From: Candidatus Enterousia sp.
GTDB lineage: Bacteria > Pseudomonadota > Alphaproteobacteria > Rs-D84
Assembly (NCBI GenBank): GCA_045649345.1
Contig: JAZRPS010000011.1
Location: forward strand, 1 to 62,263
Direction of reading: 5' to 3'
Length of the DNA: 62,263 nucleotides
The notes beneath the pieces were generated by a model. That model was not told where the DNA came from, searched no databases, and worked only from the letters and a program-made list of their open reading frames with translations. How positions within the stretch are numbered: the stretch's first letter is position 1; each line of letters opens with the position of its first letter. The position numbers and the translations under genes were made by a program. This document shows positions 55,361-62,263 of the stretch, in pieces.

Positions 55361-57784
55361 ATGAAGCGCTTTATTCATGTTTTTTTATTAATGTTTTGTG
55401 TAATGCCAGGGTTGGCATTGGCACAGGTTGCAACCACCGTAGGCAGTAATTTGACCGCCTGGAATGGTAATATGGGGGCAACAAATAATAATGAATGGAA
55501 TCAAATGATGAATCCGCGTGGTGGCGGGGGGGCTGGTGCAAATGTGCCTGCGGCGGATTTTGGTAATTGTAATGCATTGATATTGCGCTGTGCGCAACCA
55601 AAATGTTCGGGGTGTACAACAATGGATGTGGCGCGCCCGATTGTTGCAGGTTGTGTGAACAGTAATGCGACATGTAAAAAACATGGTGATGCATTGATTG
55701 ATTATATAACGGCACAAATGGTGTCAACCGCAAATTCCAGGGCGCAAGAGGCGCAAATACAGGCCCAGGCGGCAGCTGCCCAGGCAGCGGCAGCGGAAAG
55801 CAATGCACAAATGCAACAAATGCAAATGCAGATGCAACAGATGCAGGCGCAAATGGCGGAACAAAATCAACAGCAAATGCAACAAATGCAGGCGGCGCTG
55901 GAACAACAAAAAGCAATGACAGAGGCAGCACTGGCAGAAGCCGCCGCCGCAAAGCAAGATAATGCCACTTCATCAAGTGTGTCTGCTGGTGGGGCTGATA
56001 CCGCGGTTTCTGGTGATGGGTCTGTGCGTGGTGGACTAACCGCGGCGCAACAACAGGCCGCCGCCGCCGGGGTTGAGGCAGATATTTTAGTGCGTGAACA
56101 GATTTCTGGTCAAATTTTAACCAAGATAGAAGCGGCAGAAATCGCGTTAAAAAAACTGAATACGCAAATGCAAGAGACGTTTAGATATGCCGGTTGTGAT
56201 GTGTTTGGTAATAACTGTGCCGGACCAAAGCGTGTAAAAAAATTCAAGGAAATGGCATTGGATTATTTCCGACCATATGATGAAGTGGTTGAAAATGCGT
56301 ATGAAGCATTGGAAATGGCATTGGCGGTTGGTGTTGATGTGTCTGACGTTATTATGATGTTAAGTGGTGCATGCAATCGTTGGGGTAAGTTTTTGTGTAA
56401 TATGCCAAAGACCAAAGATAATAAGAGTGTACCGTATCCCAGATATAATTCTGAGAATTGTCGTGGTGAAAAGTCTGTAAAGGGTGCGTTGGCGAGTGCG
56501 AAATCTGGGCATGAAACATTTGAAACAACATTGCGTGGTGGGTTTGAATGTTCGCCTGGTATGGTGGTGCCACCCCAGGACGATGTTCAGTGTACATTGG
56601 TTTCGTTCGTTGGTGGCGAAGGCGAAGGTGATGAAGTCTTGCGTGAATGGTTGCTGGAAGGGGAAGAGGGTGATGGTATGACCCGTGTTGGTTGTGCGAC
56701 ATCTGCGTTGGATACATTGCCGATGTTTGGACGTCGCAGCAGTCGTCGTGATTCCAATTCAACATTGGATTTGGATACACTGGAACGTATCTTGGTTCAG
56801 GACGCGCCAGAGGTGGTTGGTCAAAACAGGTTTATGCGTTCGAATTCAGAATCCGCAGAAGTATCACGTTTAAAATACTGTGCAATGACCCCACGTGGTT
56901 ATGAAACATTGCGTGGCGTGTTAAGCAGCAAGAAATTACCGAAACAGATTTGTGTGCCGTATGATACGTTGGCACGTAATTATCAAACCCAGGGTTCATT
57001 GTCATCTGATTACACTGGCACCAGTGGGCTGATGGCCAGTGGTGTTATGCCGGCGGATGTGAATAAGTATACTTGTGATACTTATTTTACAAGTGGGAAA
57101 AGTGGGGTGCCACCGGCGTGTAATGGTCGATGGGTTGGTTCTGAAACAGAGGGGTCATGTCAATATAACGCAACAAATTGTGTGCTTGAATACGATTCTT
57201 TTAGTAAAATAAAAGCGTTGCGTGAATTGTCGTTGGACGAAAAAAAGCAACGGGGTTGTCAGTCAAGCGAAAGTGGTGGCACATGGAATGCGTCTGCAAA
57301 AAAATGTGATTGTCCATCGGGTAAAACAGTACGTGAAAATACTTCGTACCAGTGTGTCAGTGCAGAAGCTATTACGGACGCTGATTGTAAAAATTTTGCC
57401 AAAGAAATGGGGGCTGATGATAATAATGCCAGGGTTAATGGTGATGGTACATGTGTTGCGAAAAATTACAATTTGATTAATTACAGTTATTGTGATGTGC
57501 GTAAATGCAATGGTGACGGCGTCACAAAACGCAAAATATCTGAAGGTGGTTCTTATAATTATAATGTCTGCTGTTGGTGTAGCAAAGGTGGTGGTTATGC
57601 ATTTAATCCAGACAGCGGTTCATGTAAGGATTCCGGGGGGGGTAGTGTGTCTTCGGCTATGTTTACGAATGCTATTGGATCAAATCCTTTTAATTTGCCA
57701 TTATTAAATAATGGTACAGGTTCGAATGCTGGGGGGCTGAGCAATTTAAAATTGGGCGTTGATTTTATGGGGAAAACATATTAA
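55361..57784 (+). CDS. Large secreted cysteine-rich protein, unknown family (807 aa)
   Basis: Signal peptide MKRFIHVFLLMFCVMPGLALA, FGNCNALILRCAQPKC module, Gln/Ala/Met-rich helical stretch, many Cys through to the C-terminus. GAGAGAAA RBS. Confidence 0.7.
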   Translation: MKRFIHVFLLMFCVMPGLALAQVATTVGSNLTAWNGNMGATNNNEWNQMMNPRGGGGAGANVPAADFGNCNALILRCAQPKCSGCTTMDVARPIVAGCVNSNATCKKHGDALIDYITAQMVSTANSRAQEAQIQAQAAAAQAAAAESNAQMQQMQMQMQQMQAQMAEQNQQQMQQMQAALEQQKAMTEAALAEAAAAKQDNATSSSVSAGGADTAVSGDGSVRGGLTAAQQQAAAAGVEADILVREQISGQILTKIEAAEIALKKLNTQMQETFRYAGCDVFGNNCAGPKRVKKFKEMALDYFRPYDEVVENAYEALEMALAVGVDVSDVIMMLSGACNRWGKFLCNMPKTKDNKSVPYPRYNSENCRGEKSVKGALASAKSGHETFETTLRGGFECSPGMVVPPQDDVQCTLVSFVGGEGEGDEVLREWLLEGEEGDGMTRVGCATSALDTLPMFGRRSSRRDSNSTLDLDTLERILVQDAPEVVGQNRFMRSNSESAEVSRLKYCAMTPRGYETLRGVLSSKKLPKQICVPYDTLARNYQTQGSLSSDYTGTSGLMASGVMPADVNKYTCDTYFTSGKSGVPPACNGRWVGSETEGSCQYNATNCVLEYDSFSKIKALRELSLDEKKQRGCQSSESGGTWNASAKKCDCPSGKTVRENTSYQCVSAEAITDADCKNFAKEMGADDNNARVNGDGTCVAKNYNLINYSYCDVRKCNGDGVTKRKISEGGSYNYNVCCWCSKGGGYAFNPDSGSCKDSGGGSVSSAMFTNAIGSNPFNLPLLNNGTGSNAGGLSNLKLGVDFMGKTY

Positions 57785-57788
57785 AAGA

Positions 57789-58562
57789 ATGAAAAATTTG
57801 AAAAATATTTTTATTGGATTTTTTGTGGTGTGTGCTGTGACACTGGCGCCGGTGTTTGCCGCAGATAATGGTTGTGATGACCCGGACAATGATGCAATTG
57901 TGGCGGAATTGGCACTGTGTTCAACGCATGCGTATAATATTGGCGCAACAAAAAATCCAACCGGCGCGGATCGGGAACTAATGCGCGAAGTTGTCGCAAT
58001 GAAAACAACTCTGATTACACAACAAATGTACAAGCAATATCAACAGATGGAATCGATGTTGCGTCGATTGAAAACGCAGTTGCAAAAGGCGGTATTGAAT
58101 ACTAAATTACAGGTCGCCGGTGCAGACAGCAGTTCGGGCGGTTCCGGTAGTTCTGGTGGACGGTTTGAATCAGACGACCGTAATTTGCATATTGCCGGTG
58201 CAAGCAACTGTATGAATCTGTATGAAGATGAGAAGATATTGGAGTGTTTCCAAACAAATTTAACAACGATTATTAATTCGTCTGGTCAGGGCAGTAATCC
58301 AACCCCAGAAATTAAAAAGCAATTGGCGTATGATTTTAAAAATTTATCTGTAATGACGTTTGATGGTGTAAAAAGTTCTTGTGATGACTTGTCAGGTAAG
58401 GAAGCAACCAGTGATAAAACAAAGAAAATAGGGGTTTTGTGTTCGGATCCAAAAATGAAAAACAAAGCCTTTAAAGATGATTGTTTGGGTGCAATGCGTT
58501 CGTGTCTGCAAAATCAAACGCGTGCATATAGAAATAATCAGGCAAAGTTAAGCAAAGATTAA
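57789..58562 (+). CDS. Secreted cysteine-containing protein, unknown family (257 aa)
   Basis: Signal peptide MKNLKNIFIGFFVVCAVTLAPVFA, helical Gln-rich segment, Ser/Gly linker, 10 Cys. 4-bp gap from the preceding gene. Confidence 0.6.
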   Translation: MKNLKNIFIGFFVVCAVTLAPVFAADNGCDDPDNDAIVAELALCSTHAYNIGATKNPTGADRELMREVVAMKTTLITQQMYKQYQQMESMLRRLKTQLQKAVLNTKLQVAGADSSSGGSGSSGGRFESDDRNLHIAGASNCMNLYEDEKILECFQTNLTTIINSSGQGSNPTPEIKKQLAYDFKNLSVMTFDGVKSSCDDLSGKEATSDKTKKIGVLCSDPKMKNKAFKDDCLGAMRSCLQNQTRAYRNNQAKLSKD

Positions 58563-58670
58563 AAAATCCCCCAACTGGTATTCACTGTTGTATATCTTTG
58601 TCACCCCTGCGCAGGGGTGGCAAAACTTTTCAAGTTTTGTTCTGGTTATGGCGCTTTATCCCCCGGGAAC

Positions 58671-59219
58671 TTAAAAACTGTATCGAAATCCAGTGCCAAT
58701 AAAGTTAAAACCGTGATTTGTTTCTGTGAAATCGCCGTTTGAAAAGTGCAGGGTGAATATTTCTGCATTAATTCGGTTGTTAAATCGATAACCAATAAAT
58801 ACGCGTTCGCCAAAGACCAGACGACTGGTGACATAGTCGTCGCCACTGTCGCGCATGTATGGCCCCAGACCTGCGCCCAGGTAAAAATCGCACCATGATA
58901 AAAATGCAATGTCCCATGATATACCAATCGCGCCAAATGAACGACCGTCGGCACTGTGATAGGCAAAGTTTTGCAGTGCGTGTATGTTTATGCGCCCCGG
59001 CAGGCGCAATAGATTAATCGGCTGGCTGTATTCCAGCATTATTGTGGTCATTGGTTCAATTCGCCAATCGGCCGGCATTACCAAGTGCCCCAGGTCGCCG
59101 TGACCGGTGCTTTGCGCGATATGTATACCAATGGAATTTTGTTTGTCGTCGCCAAACATCGGGTTGGCAAATGTGTAAAATGGAAAAAGCGTCATGAAAA
59201 TGTATGTAAATTTTTTCAT
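58671..59219 (-). CDS. pagL: Lipid A 3-O-deacylase (PagL)-like outer-membrane protein
   Basis: Signal peptide, beta-barrel-like alternating pattern, C-terminal HFSNG...NHGFN...GFRYSF resembling the PagL His-x-Ser active site and a terminal aromatic residue. Start at Met 59219. Confidence 0.65.
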   Translation of the reverse strand: MKKFTYIFMTLFPFYTFANPMFGDDKQNSIGIHIAQSTGHGDLGHLVMPADWRIEPMTTIMLEYSQPINLLRLPGRINIHALQNFAYHSADGRSFGAIGISWDIAFLSWCDFYLGAGLGPYMRDSGDDYVTSRLVFGERVFIGYRFNNRINAEIFTLHFSNGDFTETNHGFNFIGTGFRYSF

Positions 59220-59420
59220 AATAAGAATTATATATTTTTGTGTGACTGTTTTGCAATTTGACAAAAAGCCTATGAAAAACAATTGTGCCGTATAAATAAA
59301 CGTGTTTACATGACGCAAAAAAATTGATATAATTAAGTAAATAGAAGGTGTATTTTGCATGGGGCAAATATGCCGAAAGGTTGGGTTTCTGGGCGTTTCC
59401 CAGAACACAGGGAGAGTTTT

Positions 59421-62237
59421 ATGAGAAGTCAAAAAATCGCAAATTCTATCAAGAATGCAATGGGGACGGTTTTCCTGTTGGCGGGGGCGTTTTTTGTTTG
59501 TTCAACTTTATTGTCAATGCGTGCGGTCTTGGCGGATCCAATCGCGCCGGTGTATGACACGGTTATGGCACCCCAGGCAACGGTTGCCGGTGCAACATCA
59601 CGTGCAACAAATGGGCGTGCAACAACATCGCGTGCCAATCCGCGTGGTAATGGCGCAACATCGCGTGCAACGGTTGCGCGGACTGCAACAAATGTAAGTA
59701 ATTCACGTGCAACAACGACGCGTAATGTATCGAATGCCCGTGCAACAACAAATAGTCGTGCGGTTGCGTCGCGATCAGCGGCAACGCGGAATGTTTCAAA
59801 TGCCCGTGCAACGACAAATGCACGTGCGGTTGCGTCACGAAATGTTGCAACGCGTGGTGTCACAACGCGCGCAGGTGCGACAAATACACGTTCTGTGCGT
59901 GCGCGTACGGCAACAACAGATGCGGCATCAAATGCGCGCGTGTCTTTACAGGGCAGTGCAATCCGTGGCAGTAAATCAACCCCAACAACATCGTATTCAT
60001 ATTTGTCTAGCAAATTGTATACCGGTAATTATTCAAATATTATTGATTCAACCACAGGTCTGATTTCGAACGAGGCATTTACAAACTGTATGGAATCATA
60101 TTATACATGTATGGACGAAATTTGTACGGCGCGTAATTCTGCCCAGCGTCGCTGTGCGTGCGCCGGTCGTGTCAAAGCATTTGCAGAGGCGGAAACAGCC
60201 CTGGAATCTGCAAATGAAGAATTGATAAAGGTGTCTGGTGAATTGGCGCTGTTGATTGCAAACAAGGGTAAAGATGTGTCAGAAGCCTTTCAGTTAACAG
60301 AGGCAGAACAAGTTATGAACTGTGTTTCGTGGCAGGATGTCACAAATCAATATGGTGCAAATTCGGAAGAGGCGATTGAATGGTGCTATGCCCACGGGAT
60401 TTATGGTTCAAATGGTGCAAGCCTAAGCACATGTTCAAAGCCGTCTTATTGTACGTCATCTGGTAATAGTTTTGGGTTCGATGTTTCAAACCTGGACGGT
60501 AGTGGTTCTGATATTATGGCGTCTTTGCAATCATGGGCAGATGCCAAGGAAAAAACACTGACAATCATGACAGATGATACAGATTCTTTGACCAGTGCGT
60601 TTGATAATTTGTCATCTGTGGTCAGTGGGATGGCTGGGATTGATGGTGCGTTAACAAATGCCGAAGATTTAAAGGATTCCTTGGCAGAAACGTGGGGCTA
60701 TGAATTATTTGAATATGCGCACAACAATGTTTGTGGTCGTGTGTTGGATTCTTGTTTTAATGGAATATATGAGGCATGTGGTACGCCGCCATCTGGTGGA
60801 CGCAAATGTTCAAATGGTGCATCACAATGTCCATATAATTATAACAGTACAATTACGGTGAATAATACAGGTACGTATGAATTGAACTTTGTGACCGCCA
60901 GCAGTGGTTATACATCGTCAAATTCTGCAACGTGTTTTGGGTATGCGTCAACGTCTGGAGACCCGTATTCAAACCTGCGTGGACCGGTTGCAGATGCACG
61001 TCGCAGCATTATGCAAAAGTATGCGTTGGACGCAAATGCAGACTGTGATGCGTATGGTGAACAGTTGCGTACAACCGCGCAAAATATCGGTTATCAAAAG
61101 GTTGCCGCACAACAGGCATTGCAACAGAAACGTCTGGAATTTGCCCAGGAAGAAGAAGAAACAACATTGACCGCCGCGATAGAGGCAGGTACAAACTTTA
61201 ACGAATGTCTAAGCGAGATTTATGATTGTTATGAAACGCAGTCTTCGTCAAATCCAAACTGGCCAGATGCGCGTATCAAGACATATTGCGCCCAGATTGC
61301 AAATGTTCCACATTGTTATGAAGAAATGATTTGTAATCCATCAACCGCACAATTCAAGGCAGTTATCGATGATGCAGACAGTGAACAGTGTAATAATACC
61401 CAAGATTACACAACAAATACATGTCGTAATATCGTGACATTAAATGAAATCTTGAATGGGACGGGTGTAAAGCCGGATGCTGGATTTAACTCTCGTACCA
61501 GTACGGTTTCTGCGGCGATACGTGAACAGTGCTTGTTAGATGCAGGTGTTGATGATATCCGCAGATGGTCAACGGATACGGCGGCGTCTGTTCGTTGTTC
61601 GGTTTCAGAAACGCGTGATGTGGATGCAAATGCGGCGATTGCGTATCGTGATGCCAAGGGTGGTTCATGTTATATCACAGAGTGTAATCCGGGTTATACA
61701 CTGGAAAATAACAAGTGTGTATCAAATGCGATTGATTGTAAGTCTGAAATTAAGCATGCGGTCAAGGCCACACGTACGGTATCTGATGGTAAAATGAATA
61801 CATGTTATGTATCAGAATGTGAAGAAAATTGGGCGCCAAGTTCAAATAAGACCGCATGTGTTGGTGTGACGCGTGCGTGTTCGTCGGCAGAATTAAATGC
61901 AGTTGGTGCCGGGGCAGGTATAGTACAATGGACAGATGATCCAACGGTATGTGGCGATAAAGCCGGATGTTGGGGGGCGTGTAAAGCTTCTTCTTGTGCA
62001 TCTGGTCTATATTTAAATAGTTCTGGTGACTGTGTTGGTGTTAGTGAACTGACCAGAGAAGATTGTGAAGCAAACAACCTTGTCTATTATGGTGGCGTCT
62101 GTCAAACCCCTGTCGCTTGTCCTGCTGGAACATATTGGGCTTTTGAAAATGTGCAATGCGAATCAGCCGACAATTTAAGCGAACTCTCTTGCAAGGCACA
62201 TAATTTGAATTGGTCTAATAATTATTGTACTGAATAA
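59421..62237 (+). CDS. Large secreted cysteine-rich protein with a basic N-terminal repeat region and C-terminal EGF-like Cys repeats (938 aa)
   Basis: AGGGAGAG RBS ahead of ATG 59421. Signal/anchor GTVFLLAGAFFVCSTLLSMRAVLA, (S/A)RAT(T/N) repeats, FTNCMESYYTCMDEIC module, more than 50 Cys. Confidence 0.7.
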   Translation: MRSQKIANSIKNAMGTVFLLAGAFFVCSTLLSMRAVLADPIAPVYDTVMAPQATVAGATSRATNGRATTSRANPRGNGATSRATVARTATNVSNSRATTTRNVSNARATTNSRAVASRSAATRNVSNARATTNARAVASRNVATRGVTTRAGATNTRSVRARTATTDAASNARVSLQGSAIRGSKSTPTTSYSYLSSKLYTGNYSNIIDSTTGLISNEAFTNCMESYYTCMDEICTARNSAQRRCACAGRVKAFAEAETALESANEELIKVSGELALLIANKGKDVSEAFQLTEAEQVMNCVSWQDVTNQYGANSEEAIEWCYAHGIYGSNGASLSTCSKPSYCTSSGNSFGFDVSNLDGSGSDIMASLQSWADAKEKTLTIMTDDTDSLTSAFDNLSSVVSGMAGIDGALTNAEDLKDSLAETWGYELFEYAHNNVCGRVLDSCFNGIYEACGTPPSGGRKCSNGASQCPYNYNSTITVNNTGTYELNFVTASSGYTSSNSATCFGYASTSGDPYSNLRGPVADARRSIMQKYALDANADCDAYGEQLRTTAQNIGYQKVAAQQALQQKRLEFAQEEEETTLTAAIEAGTNFNECLSEIYDCYETQSSSNPNWPDARIKTYCAQIANVPHCYEEMICNPSTAQFKAVIDDADSEQCNNTQDYTTNTCRNIVTLNEILNGTGVKPDAGFNSRTSTVSAAIREQCLLDAGVDDIRRWSTDTAASVRCSVSETRDVDANAAIAYRDAKGGSCYITECNPGYTLENNKCVSNAIDCKSEIKHAVKATRTVSDGKMNTCYVSECEENWAPSSNKTACVGVTRACSSAELNAVGAGAGIVQWTDDPTVCGDKAGCWGACKASSCASGLYLNSSGDCVGVSELTREDCEANNLVYYGGVCQTPVACPAGTYWAFENVQCESADNLSELSCKAHNLNWSNNYCTE
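59590..59940 (+). repeat. Degenerate tandem repeats (CGTGCAACAAC-type units) encoding an Arg/Ala/Thr/Asn/Ser-rich region
   Basis: Repeated peptide units SRATNG, RATTSR, SRATVAR, SRATTTRNVSNARATTNSRAVASR, TRNVSNARATTNARAVASR visible in frame. Confidence 0.8.
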
Positions 62238-62239
62238 AA

Positions 62240-62263
62240 ATTCCCACCGCACGGTGGGAATTT
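62240..62263 (+). terminator. Terminator-like hairpin after the last cysteine-rich gene (truncated by the window end)
   Basis: TTCCCACCG CAC GGTGGGAA stem-loop preceded by an A-run. Confidence 0.55.

Noticed and set aside
59429-60013. 194-aa minus-strand ORF overlapping the start of the 938-aa cysteine-rich gene
   Set aside because: It is the reverse-complement reading of the CGTGCAACAAC-type tandem repeats, translating as ARAF/VVAR repeats. That makes it an artefact of repeat symmetry, and it has no start context.

Overview
This window reads as a 62-kb chromosomal segment from an AT-rich bacterium with small, tightly packed genes. Gene content and local synteny suggest an Alphaproteobacterium with a reduced genome. 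Supporting examples are secB / mltA / DUF721 / ruvC, an alphaproteobacterial-type addB, lpoA-like divergent from rsmI, lolC-lolD and yajC-secD-secF. That assignment is inference only.

Most of the window is housekeeping:
- smpB, tatD, holB, a PBP5/6 carboxypeptidase, mtaB and rpoZ
- aspS, an AsmA-like protein, uvrB, tsaE and ftsQ-ftsA
- lolCD, rsmI, engB, addB and recA
- secB, mltA, ruvC, xerD, an lptF/G permease, greA and mutL
- yajC-secDF, an S41 peptidase-like protein, a PAP2 phosphatase and ftsK
- Four tRNA genes (Ser-GGA, Thr-GGU, Gly-UCC, Tyr-GUA), two of them behind near-identical TTGATT-16-TATAAT promoters

The non-routine content is as follows:
1. A 7-kb locus at the 3' end (55.3-62.2 kb) encodes three large signal-peptide-bearing, cysteine-rich proteins that match no family I recognise. 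It has an embedded pagL-like lipid A deacylase. It is preceded by a palindromic repeat element and a G10 tract.
2. A co-directional 8-gene array (18.0-23.9 kb) combines a secretin-like lipoprotein, LolC/LolD and two pairs of paralogous small exported cysteine-motif proteins.
3. One uninterrupted ORF fuses FtsA, including an apparent membrane-targeting helix, to a complete ribulose-phosphate 3-epimerase domain.
4. A family of palindromic REP/MITE-like elements has a conserved loop and variable stems. Two ~108-bp copies are almost identical.
5. A six-gene glycosyltransferase/Stealth island has no export genes.
6. An S41 peptidase homologue appears to lack the catalytic Ser/Lys dyad.

I found no CRISPR array, rRNA gene, transposase or prophage genes. 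All functional calls come from reading the translated ORFs by eye. No database search was run.
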